A stretch of 64,000 nt of DNA from Naegleria gruberi. Taxonomy: Eukaryota. Where the stretch lies: NCBI GenBank assembly GCA_000004985.1, contig GG738873.1; one strand, 5' to 3'. Numbering within the stretch: the stretch's first letter is position 1; the number at the start of each line of letters is the position of its first letter. A model generated the notes under the pieces. The model was given only the letters and a program-made list of their open reading frames with translations, did no database searches and had not been told where the DNA came from. Positions 39,527-52,326 of this stretch are shown here, one piece after another. The position numbers and the translations under genes were made by a program.

Positions 39527-42500
39527 ATGCCTGAAATTCTTGGCAATACAACCCACGCTAAACATGCTGTGGGATTTAACGTATCCCTCTTGGTAAGTTT
39601 CGAATAGAGAACATCTTTACTAATATTTCAATAATTAACAGAAAGGTGGTACTATTACTCAAACGATTGTAAGTTGTTTCCAATAGAATCAATGTTTTCA
39701 AACCATTCAGATTGGTGCAATTATCACAGGTTTAGTTGTTGCATCAACTGTTGCTACTATTATTCTCGTTTCTGTTGGTGTTGGTTACTCTAGTCCAGGT
39801 AAGTATTTCAGTGTTGAATTAGGCTGGTTTATTCTTGCTATTTTATGTTTTCCTCACATGCCTTCCTCTGGTGCGCTGTTAAATCGTGTTATCTCTCCAA
39901 ACATTGTTGATGTTCTAAAACATTCGAATAGTTGCCAATCCTGACACTGCCACAACATTCAAGCGTGTTGCTGTTACTCTTGATGTTTTGGCCAATGACA
40001 AAGATCCACGTGGTGGTAATCTTACTTTAACCCAAATTGTTGTTTCTCCTGCACATGGTACCGCAAAGATTGTTTCCAACTCCAAGATTGTTTATCAATC
40101 AAATGGAGCATTCTCTGGTAATGACACTTTCAGTTATGAAGTTACAAATTCTTTCATGACTGCAAATGCAACTGTAACTGTACAAGTATTGAATAGAGCT
40201 CCAGAAGCTGTTCCAATTACTAAAACTGTCTCTAAGAATGTCAAGAATAGTTTGATTGACATTTTTAACTTTGTTGGTGATAATGATCAAAAGATTAGTG
40301 ATCCAGATTCTGATGTATTGTATGCTGTTTCTTATGATGGTAGAAAGATTTTGAGTGGAAACTCTGATTCTTTTGGTTCCATTACTGTTGATCCATATAA
40401 TGGTTATTACTATACTCCTGTAGATGGTTTTAATGGAGTTGAACAATTCAATTATACTATTAGTGATGGTAATGATACTTCCACTTCCACTATTACATTG
40501 ACTATTGCCAATGACGCTCCAGTTGCAGTTGACAATGTCTATAACGTTCCAAAGTATGGTAGCATGGTATTGGATGTCTTGTCCAATGACTATGATATCA
40601 ATGGTGATGATTTCAATATTTCAAGTGCTGCTGGTACTGGTTACGGAGCTATTGCTGTTGACAAGAAGTTTATTACCTATATTACCTCGAGTACTCGTAC
40701 TAAGAAGTATTCTGATTCTTTCGAATACACCATCTCTGATGGCAATTTGGAAGCATCCGCTATTGTAATTGTCAATGTTTACAATTCTGCCCCAACTGTT
40801 TACTCCAAGACTGTTATTGTTGCCAAGAGCTCTGTTAACAATCTCATTACTGTAGATTACAATGATCCAGATCGTAAGGATTTGGTTTCTTTGAGCCGTG
40901 TTACTCCTGCTTTGGCTTCATTGTCCCCTGCTGCTTCATTGTTGGTTACAACCACCTATGAAAATGTCTTTTTCGAATGTTGTGAATGGATCAAAGTTGA
41001 AACCAATAATTATACTATTAGTTTCACTCCAGTTGCCAATACTGTCTATACTCAAACTTTAACTGTTACCATGACTGATACCGAAGCTGAAGGTACTGGT
41101 ATTATTACTATTATTGTTCAAAATACTCCTCCAGTTGCTGTCTCTGATTCTGCTGAATGTAATAAGAATCAACAAGTCTTGATTAATGTTGTTGCCAATG
41201 ACTATGATCAAAATAGTGGAGACACTGCCTTAATTCAATTGTCAGCTGTTGGTTGGACTAGTGCCACAACAAAGGGTGGTTCTGTTCAACTTTACAATAC
41301 CACACATGTCTTGTATACTGCTCCAAGTAATTTCTTGGGTGATGATGTTGCTACCTATGTCATTACTGACCAAAGTAAGGATGCTCAAGGTAATCCAGAT
41401 TCTACCAGTTATTCTAAAGGTACTATTAACATTAAGGTCATTAATAATCCACCAACTCCTGCTGATGATACCATCACCATTTCAAAGGGTGTAACTTCTT
41501 CTTTGAATGTTTTGGACAATGATTCTGATCCAAATGATGGTGCTTCATCTGTTTATACTATTAATTCTGTTTCTGCTTCTTCAATTAAGAATATTTTGGC
41601 TACTATTCAAAAGACTAGTGGTGCAAAGGATACCTTGTCTTATACTGCTAACAATGAAGAATATACTGACAAGCTCACTTATGATGTCACTGATCAAGAC
41701 GGCATGACCTCCACCTATAAGGCTACTGTTACTTTGAATGTTATTAACAATGCTCCTGTTGCTAAAGATGATACCTATTCTACCAAGTGGAATAGATCTG
41801 TTGAATGTTCTGTTAAGGATAACGATGAAGATATTAACGGTGATTTGGCCAAGTCCACAATTTCCATCACTTCTAATCCATCTAATGGTGCTGCTTTGGT
41901 TGTTGGTGATAAGATTGTTTATACTCCATCTAATGGATTCGTTGGAACTGACTCATTCAAGTACAAGTTGAATGATGGTAGTTCTGCAAATGCTGATTCT
42001 AATAGTGCTACTGTTACTATTACTGTAACTAATACTGCTCCAGTTACTGTTGCTGATTCTGCCACTACTCACTGGAATAATCCAAATGGTATCTTGGTTA
42101 GTCCATTGACCAATGATAATGATCCAGATGGTGATGCTCTTGTTGTTGTTTCTGCTTCTTCTGATTCTTCAGCTGGTGTTGCTTCAGCTGTCGATTCTCA
42201 AACTGTTAAATTTGTTCCAAACACTGTCTCTGCCACCACTGGTACTAAACAAGTCACCTACTATGCTTCTGATTACAATATGCAAACTGCTGGAACTATC
42301 AATGTTCAAGTTACTAATACCAAACCAGTTGCCAATGCTGACTCTTATACTCTTCACTGGGCTGCTTCTACTACTCAATTGAGTGTCTTGTCAAATGATG
42401 CTGATGCTGATAATGATGATCTCTCAGTTGGAAGTGTTAGTGGTAGTTCTGCTGCTGTTAACAGTGGTTCATCAATCACTTATACTCCAAAGAAGGATGG

Positions 42501-45500
42501 TGTTACTGATATATTCCAATATACTGCTACTGATTCAGTTACTGCTTCTGATGCTGCCACTGTTACTGTCAAGTTCACTAACAATGCTCAACCATCTGTC
42601 AGTGATTCCTCAACCACCATTCACTGGAGAACTTTTGCTTCTCAAAACAATCAACAAGATTTCACCGTTCTCAACTCTAACACTGATGCTGATAGTGATT
42701 CTCTTTCATTGACTGTTGGCGCTTCTGCTACTGGTATTTCTGGAGCTTCTTGTATCAAGACTAGTGATTCTGTTCCTAAGGTTAGAGTTACTGCTCCAAC
42801 CAAGACTGTTGGTACTGCCTCTTGTACTTTCACTGTTTCTGATGGCTTAGCTTCAAGCAGTGCCAAGACCTCTGTTGTCATTACTAACAATGCTCCAACA
42901 TGTAGTGATATTACTGTTTCATTCAATCCAAGTTATATTTCATCTGGTCAATCTTTCTCAATTGCTTCATCTGTAACTGATGCTGATTCTAATGATATTC
43001 CATATTTGGTTCCAGGAAGTGCCATCATTGTTGGTTCTACTTACCCAAGTGATAGTTTCCAAGTTTCTGGAAGTAATTTGTTATTCAAACCAATGGCTAC
43101 TGTTGGTGATCGTAATTATGCTTACACTGTTACTGATGGCGTTTCTACCTCTGCTCAATGTGCCTTCAAGATTGTTGTTAGCTCAGTATCTTCCAGCGAT
43201 TATGCTCAAAGCTTTGATGTTCATTGGGCTGCCACCTCTGTCAAGCTCGATATTTTGGCCAAATTGACCACTTCAACAATTGTTCGTTTGGGTTCTACCG
43301 CTGCTTCTGGTACTGCAACCATCACTGGTGGGATTCTCTATTTCACACCATTGAGAAAGATCTACGTTGACACTTTCACTGTAATTGTTGCTGATTCAGG
43401 AAATGTTGAAAGCACTGTCACTGTCACAGTTTCAACATTCAACAATGTTCCAACCGCTAGTCTTGCCACTCAAACTATCAATTGGGGAACTTCCAAGACT
43501 ATTGACCTCTTGGTTAATTATGCTGATACTGACTATACTAATGGTCTCGAATCTAAGGGAACAGTTAGTAGTATTGATAAGACATCTCTCAGTACTAAGG
43601 GTACTGTTTCTGCTCTATCAGGTAGCTCTGTTACTTATTCTGCTCCAGCCAATTATGTTGGTACTGATAGCTTTAAGGTTACTGCTACTGATGGTTTGGC
43701 TACTGTCACATTCACTGTCACTTTTAACATGATCAATACTGCTCCAGTTACAAACACTAAATATTTCAGTATTCACTGGGCTACTCACAAGGCTGGTTAT
43801 TCAATGAATTTGGCAACTGATGTCACTGATGCTGAAGGAAATACCTTAACTTATTCTGTTACTCCATCAAGTATTTCACCATCCACTGCTGGTACCGTTG
43901 CTATGGGAACTTCACCAAATGCTGTTGCCACTGGTCCATCAAGTGCTTACTTGGGTAAATTCTCATTCACTTATTCTGCCTCTGATTCTATTGCTACAAC
44001 TCCTGGTACCGTTCAAGTTACTGTTTACAATAACATGTCCACTCCAGTTGCTGACTCTAAGGATGTTCACTGGAAGGCTACTGGTATTACTCTTAGTCCA
44101 TTTGCCAAGTTTGCTCCAACCTTTAAGGATGCTGATGGTGACAGCTTGTCATTTGTTAGTGCTTCAGCTCAAAAGGGTACTGTTAGTACTGGAACAACCA
44201 CTTTAACTTACAATGCTCCTGGAAATGCCATTGGTGCTGATGTTGTCTCTTACAAATTCACAGATGGTGCTGAATCTCTCCAAAATGCTGCCACAATCGT
44301 CAATATTAATCTCTTCAATACTGCTCCACGTGCCATTGATAAGACCGCTAGTGGCAAATGGAGTTCAACAATTACAGTTGATTTGAGCAGTTCTTGTGTT
44401 GATGATGATTCTTTGGATACTGCTACTTTCAATGGAGCTGTTTCAAGCATTGTTGGTGGTACAACTTCTGTTTCTGGAAAGAGTGTTTTATATACTCCAA
44501 CTAGCTCACTTACTTATACTGGTTCTAATGGTGTTTATACTGCTACTGGTTCATTCAAATTCCAATGTACTGATGGTTTGTCAACTGCCACTAATCCTGG
44601 AACTGCTACCATTACAGTTACTAATAATGCTCCAACTGGTACTGGAAAGAGTACAAGTATTAATAGAGATTACACAAAGACTACCTATGATTTCACTTGG
44701 GCTGATATTGCTACTGTTTCTGATGCTGATGGTGACTCTATTTCATACATTAACTTTGCCTCTTCTGATGCTGCAATCACCGTCTCTAATATTGGAACTG
44801 GTATCAGATTGACCACTTCAAACAAGTTTGTCAATGGTGCCAAGTCTATTACCTTCAAGCTTAATGATGGTCTTCATGACAGTGTTTCACAATTGACTTT
44901 CACTGTTACCTTTGTCAACTCTGCTCCAGTCTGTGCCTCTAACTCTATTACTTTGAATAAGAAGGATTCAATTGATCTCTCTACATTGTTCTCTGCAACT
45001 GATTCTAACAATGATCCATTTACTTATGCTTTGACTAGCTCAATTTCCACTGATTTTGGTACAACAGTTGGTACTGTCTTTACCGCTTCAGCAACCCGTA
45101 GTGGTGCCACTTCTGTTACTTACACTGCCACTGATACTCTTGCTACCAGCACTGCCTGTACTATTTCAGTAACTATTAACAATAGAGCTCCAGTTGCTGA
45201 TGACATTTCCTATCAAGTTGTTCCAGTTGCCAGTTCATATGTTCACTCTTACACCTATGTTGCTACTGATGCTGATTCTGATACTTTGACCTATACTGCC
45301 ACAAGTAATGATTGTGTTTCTCAAAATCTTGCCACTACTCTCACAATCTCAACTTCAGGTGCCATCACCTTCACCAGAAAGTCAACTGCAGTTTCTGGAA
45401 GTTGTAAACTCTACATTACTGTTACTGATAACAATCAATTGACCAATGCTCAAGATACTGCCACTATTACATTTGTTATCTCATCAACTTCACCAATTGC

Positions 45501-46662
45501 TAAGGACGACAGATTTGAAATTAACCAAGGTCAAACTATTAGAATTTTCGCAAGTCAAATCTTGGCCAACGATCTCGATGAATTCAATTCCACATCCACT
45601 CTTACTCTCACCAGTATTTCATGCCCAGACTCGACCTATTGTCACAAGACTCCAAGACAAGTTACTTACAATGGTTTACCAGCTGTTGAACTCGATTCTG
45701 ATTCTTCTACTTGTCAAGCTGATAAATTCAGATATGCCATGACAACTGGTATGGGTGCTGTCAGATATGCTGACGTCTATGTCGAATTTAAGAATTGTTA
45801 CTGTGCTGCCAAGATTGACTTTGTCTTTTTACTCGATTCCTCCAAGTCAATTGGTTCAACTAACTTTGATTTGATGAGAGATTTGTCCAAGAGAATTACT
45901 GGTAGAATGAAGATTGCTGACGATGCCATTAAGGTTTCCATTGTCAAATTCCACAACAATGGTACATTGGCTTTGAAACTCTCCTCTGATGGTACCTTAA
46001 TTAATAGCACACTCACAACTATGTCCTACGAGGCGGGAAGTACGGCTCAAGTGCCCGGACTCAGAGTTGCTGTTGATGCTTTGAGACCTGCCAATGGTGG
46101 TAGAGCTGATGCTGACAAGGTTATTTATATTTTAACTGATGGATTGGCAAACGTTCCATGTTCATGTACCTCTTGCAGAAATGAATGGCAAGCAAAGCCA
46201 TCAGTCTTTTACAATTCAATTCAAGTTAATATTTTAGGAAAGTACACTGGAAATACCTTGAATTCTCAATTGGACAATTTATGTGCTTACAAGTATACTG
46301 ATACTTCAGTTTTGAATGGACAAACTTGTTCATACTGTTCCTCAAGTAATTATGCCTATTGTTTACCATGTGCTGATGCTGTTCCAATTGCTTCAAAGAT
46401 TAATAGTTGGAAGCGTAATGCTAGTGGAGTTGTTCCAACTGATCTTGATAATCCTTACAATGGAAACAATGCTGTTCAATGGAAGATTGTTGCTATGGCT
46501 GTAGGTGATGCCATGTCAAATGTTTGGGGAGCCAGACAAATCCAAGGTATGAATTATGATTCCACAAGAGCTATGACTGTTTCTTGGACTGACTTGTCTT
46601 CAACTATGAGTGAAATTGTCGATCAATCTTGTAATCAAGTCACAACTACTGCTGCTGCTTAA
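39527..46662 (+). CDS. Giant signal-anchored surface protein (about 2,240 aa). About 19 tandem cadherin-like/VCBS-type repeats of roughly 95 aa plus a C-terminal von Willebrand factor A domain. join(39527..39592,39642..39668,39711..39798,39932..46662).
   Basis: Three small 5' exons with GTAAGT donors encode MPEILGNTTHAKHAVGFNVSLL, KGGTITQTI, and IGAIITGLVVASTVATIILVSVGVGYSSP (a TM/signal anchor). The main exon holds the repeats, with a recurring LxVLxNDxD...DxL, YTPxxGFxGxDxFxYxxxDG, and AT/SVTITVxNxAP pattern. The C-terminus has vWA motifs (VFLLDSSKSIGSTNF...IYILTDGLAN). Confidence 0.75.
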
Positions 46663-46859
46663 ATAAATAATATGCAATAGCTTTTGATAATATCAAGTGT
46701 GTGGGAACAAAATTGTTTGTGATAGAGCATTGAGTTAATGCCTATTTTCTTCACTCCAGGATTTTCCTTTTTAAGTTTGGCAAAAATTTTCAAACTCTTC
46801 CAAGCTGCAAGAAGAAAAGATTGAAAGATTGTGTTGGAATGAGACACTTTATTTAGCAA

Positions 46860-48987
46860 TTACCACCAATCAGCAGTGAAAGAACGAGATTCTGGATGAC
46901 CAAATGGACAACCTGTTCCATCTCCATTTCCATCACCTTCATCATCACATTCTCCAAAAACTCCCATATCATCATCGTCTTCACTCTTCAATCCACTGTA
47001 TTTTCTATTTTCCTCTGGTGTAATGGCATGATAATTGGCATTTTGAGGAGATTTGAATGAACGTAACCAAAATGCACGATCGAAACTCTTCAATAACATG
47101 TAATCCTCCTCGTACTTTTCTTGGAAATCTGGAATCTTTGAGAGAATTGTACAAACTAGAATATCCAATTGTTTGTGAGTGTAGAATGTAATCTTCTTTT
47201 CCTTAATTCCAACCAATTCTCTAATATCATCAGGAACTCTCCATCTAATATTACACAAACCCTTAGTTCTCAATTTTTCCACATAGTGTTGCATGGATCC
47301 TGAAAAGTTCATCTTGATACCAAGAGCTTTACAAATATCATCAACGAAATGTTGACAATTGGATGAGTGTTGAGAATAGGCACGATGCACATTCCATTCG
47401 GAAATGACCTGACTAACCTTTTCAATAGCAACATCCAAATTCTTTGTGGAAATTTCCTGTATATCAATGGCAAGTGTTGCTGCATTACTATAACAACGAC
47501 GAGGAATACACAATGAACTACTATTCCACTCAATCAACCATGGTCTAATATTAAATTATATTGGAAATTAAAAAATTATTGGAAATTACTATTAAATAAG
47601 AACATACCCTAAAATTACACCAGAGTGGAATAAACCAAATTGAGGAGACATGGAAACTGAACTCATAATTGGAGAGAGTAATCTTCTCATAGTTCTCTCC
47701 TTCTTATTTTTGGCAATTTCAGCAATTACCAACTTGACCTTGATGGTATCTCTGAAACGAGTGGCAAGTTTCTTACTCAATTCCTCAGCTTCTTCAATGT
47801 CGGAAGGAAGTTTATCAAGAGAGGCTGAATCAGTCATACCAATCAATGATTTGGATTCTGATTTGGAATTTAAAGAAAATCCCTTAGATCCATGTTGTGA
47901 AATATTTCTCATTGAACTAAATAATTTCTTGATAGCATTAAATTCCTTGTTGAGATAGGCCTTTTTAAGACCTTCAATAGTACACAAATTCTCTGCATAT
48001 TCCTTCAAGTCGTCATCGCTCATATTTTGAACCTTCTTTGATGATTGTCTGATTTTACCAATGATAACTCCCAATTGTTCTTGATGAGTTAGCAATGGAA
48101 AAGAACTATCGGATGATTGACCTGATTGTGAAATAATATCAGAAACAGTTGTTGAACTTCTATCAATTGGATCAACATATCTATATCCATTACCATAAAT
48201 ATCTTGTGAAATTTTTGTAAGAGTTTCAAAAAGCTCAGCACGTAAACCATCTGAATAAACAGGTCTCAATTTATCAAAAACATAATCTCCATAATCGGAT
48301 GGTTTTGTAATATTAATGAAAATTTGACCATCAATTTTGTGTGAAAGGAATGTTTCTTCATGTTCCTTTGACCAAGCTCCAATTCCCAAATTTTCATCTT
48401 TCAATTTTACAATACGAGAATCGTTTCTAATAAGTGAGACAACTTCGTGAGCTGTTAATGTTCTGACATCACGATTTCTAATCATACCAGAATCAATAAC
48501 AGTTGCTTTACTCACAAAACTACTTGATTTACCACTCAATTTATCATTTTTCTGTCTTTCACTTTCAAAATTAACACTTTCCATATTAAATACTAAACAG
48601 TAGTAGAATTAGAAAATAAATTATTAGAAAGTACAATTAAAACTCACCAAATGCGTTATCTTTTAAATGATTAATAGCAGAGTATAATTTTCTCAAGTGA
48701 CCAAAAGCAAATACAAAATTCGAAACCCAATTTTTCAAATCTTGTTCGGACGAAATTCCACCAATTTTATTCTTCAACAGAGATCCATCAGTTATTCCAC
48801 ATTCTACAAAATCAATATAGTATTCTGATAATCCGTTTAATGATAACCATGTTTGAATGTCCTTTTTGTTCCAATCTTGAACGCGATCTTTATATTTCGT
48901 TTAAAATATTCGAAATAATGTGATGATGTTGGTAAATATTTTGTTATTATTACTTGTTGAATACATACCAGATTTGAGTGGTTTCAT
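46860..48987 (-). CDS. SAM-domain plus PPPDE/DeSI-like putative thiol-peptidase protein. Four exons, join(46860..47544,47608..48592,48648..48887,48969..48987).
   Basis: Exon 1 is ATGAAACCACTCAAATCTG followed by a GTATGT donor. Exon 2 encodes a SAM domain (DIQTWLSLNGLSEYYIDFVECGITDGSLLKN...FAFGHLRKLYSAINHLK) and ends at a GTGAGT donor. Exon 3 is the 330-aa ORF, ending HSGVILG at a GTATGT donor. A 63-nt intron leads to exon 4 (PWLIEW...), which carries HSSNCQHFVDDICKALG. The His (LFHSGV) and Cys (NCQHF) spacing matches the PPPDE peptidase fold. Confidence 0.6.
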
Positions 48988-49317
48988 AGTGTTGATGTTT
49001 TGTTGTTTTTTTGTGTGATAAGTTGTCTACAAACAAATAAACAGATGTTTGACACATTCTGCTACATTTATACACTTTTAATGGAATCTGGGTGAAACTG
49101 CTGAAGAAACACTAACAAAGATCTAAGGTAAATAACACTTCATTGTTAAATGTGTTTTTACTTGTGAAAAGTAATTGCGCCTAGAGTGGGAGTATTCAAA
49201 TAAAATACTTTGTCATTTTTCAATATTGTACATATCTACAATTGTTTTGTGTTGATCTCATTATTCCATAACGAAATCAAACTGCTACTAGATAGTTAAA
49301 TCTGTTAGGAGTGGTTA

Positions 49318-51399
49318 TCAGTTATTATCTGAATCATAATCTTCACTATCATCCTCCGAGTACTCATATTCTTGATTTCTCTTATCTAACCTTGACTCAT
49401 TCAAGCTCATCTCGGCAAGTGACCTTTCAAGGTTATTAATTGTCTTTTTGAGCTTGTTAACTTCAACTTCTCTGTGTTCCAATTCTTCTTTGTGAGATCG
49501 TTCGCTCTTTCTCTTCTCCTTCAAGTATTGAATTTTAAATGATTCAAATCTTTCTTCAATCATCTTTTCCAATTCTCTTTGATGTTGTTTTACAATTTTG
49601 CTTAGCTCTAGATCGGATTGGTGTGAAGCTTCTTGTTCATCGTATGGAACTGTAAAACTAGATACTGGTGTTGGAGCCCTTGCTGATGAGGTATCCTTAA
49701 GTGTTGTAAATCCGGTTGAACTTGGTGGTCTGAAACTTGTGCCAGACTTTTGTGATTTACTTGTCTCGAATAGTTTCATTTGAAGTTGAACCAATTCGTT
49801 GAGATAGTTAGATCGTTGTTCATCTAAAAGCTTATCTCTTCTGGACACTTGCTCTTTAATAATGTCCATTTCTGCAGATCTTCTGGACATTTCAATTTTG
49901 AGCGTATCAATTTCCTCTTGTTGAATCAAATTCACACCTTCCAAGTGATTAATTTTTTCCAAAAGGAAGAGATTTTCAGACTTTAAATCATGAAGCATCA
50001 TTTCCAGATTCTTATTGGTCTGTTTCATTGTCTTGACTCCCTTAGCGATTCTGTCATTCGATGTTGACAAGCTTCCAATAAAGTCCTTCAAAATATTATC
50101 AATAGTTTTCTTTGCAATGTCTTCTATTTCCAAAGATATTTCCGAATCCAATTTAACTACTAAGGAATGTTGAGGGCTATTTGTTGAAGTTGCTCTCCTC
50201 AATTCCAATAAAGCCTTGTGTAGAACAACCATTGAAGGATTTCCTCCAAACTTGGGGACTGATCTCAAATAAACCTCAGGAATCTTCTCTTGAGCCAAAG
50301 TTTTAACTACAGAAATAAATCCTCTAATGAGAGATTCTCTACATTTGGCTTGTTCTGATTGAAGATTTTTATCGAAAAAGGTAATACCTAGAGTAAGGTC
50401 GTTAACTCTATCATCAAACTTTCCCTTAATTTCATCCAATTGCTTGATAATTTCACTAAAATGTTCAAATCTAACCTTTCCAGCATATAAATCCTCGTCT
50501 TGGAATTGGAAACTTCCCATATGTCTTACCATTGGAGTTGAGAGGTTTGGCAGAGAATCTCTTGTTCCGTTATTATCTCCACTGTAAGGTGTTTCAGCAC
50601 CCAATCTACTATCCTCAAAAGAATTTCCTACAGCTTTTGGCAATCCTTGAACATTTGGAGAAAGTAAATTAACTTGAGAATTCGTCTTGGACCTTACAGA
50701 GTTATTCACCGATACTTCAGAAGCAAATGAATCATTGGCAGTGCTAATCGAATTACCACTGTCATCCAGATTTTGTCTCGAATGAATACTATCTTCAAAT
50801 TCTACACTACCCTTTGATGGATTTCTTAATAATTTTGATGGAACAGTTAGAGATTGATTTACAATTGTAGATTCAGATCCACGATATGAATTTTGAATAT
50901 CAGAGTTATTATTATCATACTGATTACTTGTTGTTGGTGTTATGGAAATTTCGCTGTTATCAATTCCAGAATAAGATCTTCCAGAAGAATGTACAAGTCT
51001 AGCATCCGATTCAATAGTTAAGGATCCCTTAGAAGAACTATTCTGCGTTCTCCTCACGAGAGGTTGAGCTGTACTGGATCTTGATTGAGATGAAGATACA
51101 CTACTACCTGTACTTGCTGCTCGTTGTTGAAGCTGTTGTCGATAGGCCATTGAACGTGGCTTTATATTCTGATGACGTGCACTGTTTGAAACTGGTGTTA
51201 TTGTTCTACTCATTGATGAGCTATTACTTGGAGATAAGGCAACATGTTCATCATGATTATCAGCATCATTGCTATGATCTAAAATTTCCAATCCATTGTT
51301 AGAAAACCCTTCCGAACTCCAATTAGGCCTTCTGATTGGTGTTGAAGGGGATTTCATTGCTTGCATTTTTTTCTCTTCTTCCTTAGTTTTTAACGACAT
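49318..51399 (-). CDS. Coiled-coil protein of unknown function with an S/N-rich N-terminal half (693 aa)
   Basis: Long ORF. The C-terminal 300 aa have heptad-like charged repeats (LEKINHLEGVNLIQQEEIDTLKIEMSRR, KLLDEQRSNYLNELVQLQMKL). The start codon is uncertain because the first ATG has a weak context. Confidence 0.55.
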   Translation of the reverse strand: MSLKTKEEEKKMQAMKSPSTPIRRPNWSSEGFSNNGLEILDHSNDADNHDEHVALSPSNSSSMSRTITPVSNSARHQNIKPRSMAYRQQLQQRAASTGSSVSSSQSRSSTAQPLVRRTQNSSSKGSLTIESDARLVHSSGRSYSGIDNSEISITPTTSNQYDNNNSDIQNSYRGSESTIVNQSLTVPSKLLRNPSKGSVEFEDSIHSRQNLDDSGNSISTANDSFASEVSVNNSVRSKTNSQVNLLSPNVQGLPKAVGNSFEDSRLGAETPYSGDNNGTRDSLPNLSTPMVRHMGSFQFQDEDLYAGKVRFEHFSEIIKQLDEIKGKFDDRVNDLTLGITFFDKNLQSEQAKCRESLIRGFISVVKTLAQEKIPEVYLRSVPKFGGNPSMVVLHKALLELRRATSTNSPQHSLVVKLDSEISLEIEDIAKKTIDNILKDFIGSLSTSNDRIAKGVKTMKQTNKNLEMMLHDLKSENLFLLEKINHLEGVNLIQQEEIDTLKIEMSRRSAEMDIIKEQVSRRDKLLDEQRSNYLNELVQLQMKLFETSKSQKSGTSFRPPSSTGFTTLKDTSSARAPTPVSSFTVPYDEQEASHQSDLELSKIVKQHQRELEKMIEERFESFKIQYLKEKRKSERSHKEELEHREVEVNKLKKTINNLERSLAEMSLNESRLDKRNQEYEYSEDDSEDYDSDNN

Positions 51400-51756
51400 C
51401 GTAGTTGATTTAATAACGGAAAGTTATTTGTTCAAAACTTGATGGCGGGCAATATAAAGTAAATCATGATATGAACCTCATATCATTTTCTATGTAGATG
51501 TATATTGATCAGCTAGTTTCTTTCTTGTTGCTAAATAAGCTGATGATACAATGTATTTGTTGTATGTATCAATTTACTTCATCATCATAAAAATTAATAT
51601 AAATTCCTGCCATTCATCCTTGTTAATAAAATCCTCTTCATCATAATTTGCTTTTTAATATATTTTGTTTTATTGATGTGTGTTCTTGCCGACCTCGTAA
51701 AGTCAATTCAAAATTCCATTGTACAAGTTTTTACTACTAGAGTGTTCCGCTTCTAT

Positions 51757-52064
51757 TTAATGATGGCTCGATTGTGTTGTTTCCTTTGGTTCGGTTGTTT
51801 TGAATCTGTTTGAATAAGTATCCTTTTGTTCGAGTAATTTCTTTTCAACCTTCTTGTGCCATTCAGACTATTTAAAAAAGACAATTAATAAATAGAAGAA
51901 AATCATCATCATACCTCTTTAAAATGGTGCAAACATTCCACATAATCTTCCAAATTAGCACTACAGGCCTTTGGTTGTTCATTGTGATACATGCAGCTTC
52001 TGTAATCCATCCAGAGACCGTAACATCTTCCGTTCTTGCTTCTAACACCGTAACCTGATGACAT
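51757..52064 (-). CDS. Twin Cx9C (CHCH) protein, COX6B/COX12-like, 86 aa. join(51757..51867,51915..52064). It is absent from the ORF track.
   Basis: Reads ATG in a taaaataaaaaATG context. Exon 1 encodes MSSGYGVRSKNGRCYGLWMDYRSCMYHNEQPKACSANLEDYVECLHHFKE. A GTATGA donor and a 47-nt intron (acceptor aaatag) follow. Exon 2 encodes SEWHKKVEKKLLEQKDTYSNRFKTTEPKETTQSSHH then stop. It carries two Cx9C pairs, with CYxxWxDYxxC as in COX6B. Confidence 0.6.
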
Positions 52065-52326
52065 TTTTTATTTTAAAAAAATATTTTTTAAATAAAATTA
52101 AAGAGAACAATACTCCCAACAAGTGAACGATAAGATAAAAAGGAAGTTGAAATTTGAGTCAATTGACTCAGTGATATTAAGATATTCTCTCATCATGAAA
52201 TTTATTCTATTGTCAGTGAATGAGTAGAAAAAAAAAGCTCTTCTTTTCATTGAACCAATTTCAATTTGGTTCAATAAGCTATGAAATCAATATTCACAGA
52301 GTCACAACAAGTGACTGCATTTTGCA

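Noticed and set aside
40099-46504. About 20 short L/I-rich ORFs on both strands inside the giant repeat-protein gene (for example 40505-40768, 42113-42382, 44396-44812 and 42651-42926 minus)
   Set aside because: They are alternative-frame or antisense translations of the T/A-rich tandem-repeat coding DNA. They are uniformly hydrophobic, start at TTG or CTG, and are nested in a gene with clear domain structure.
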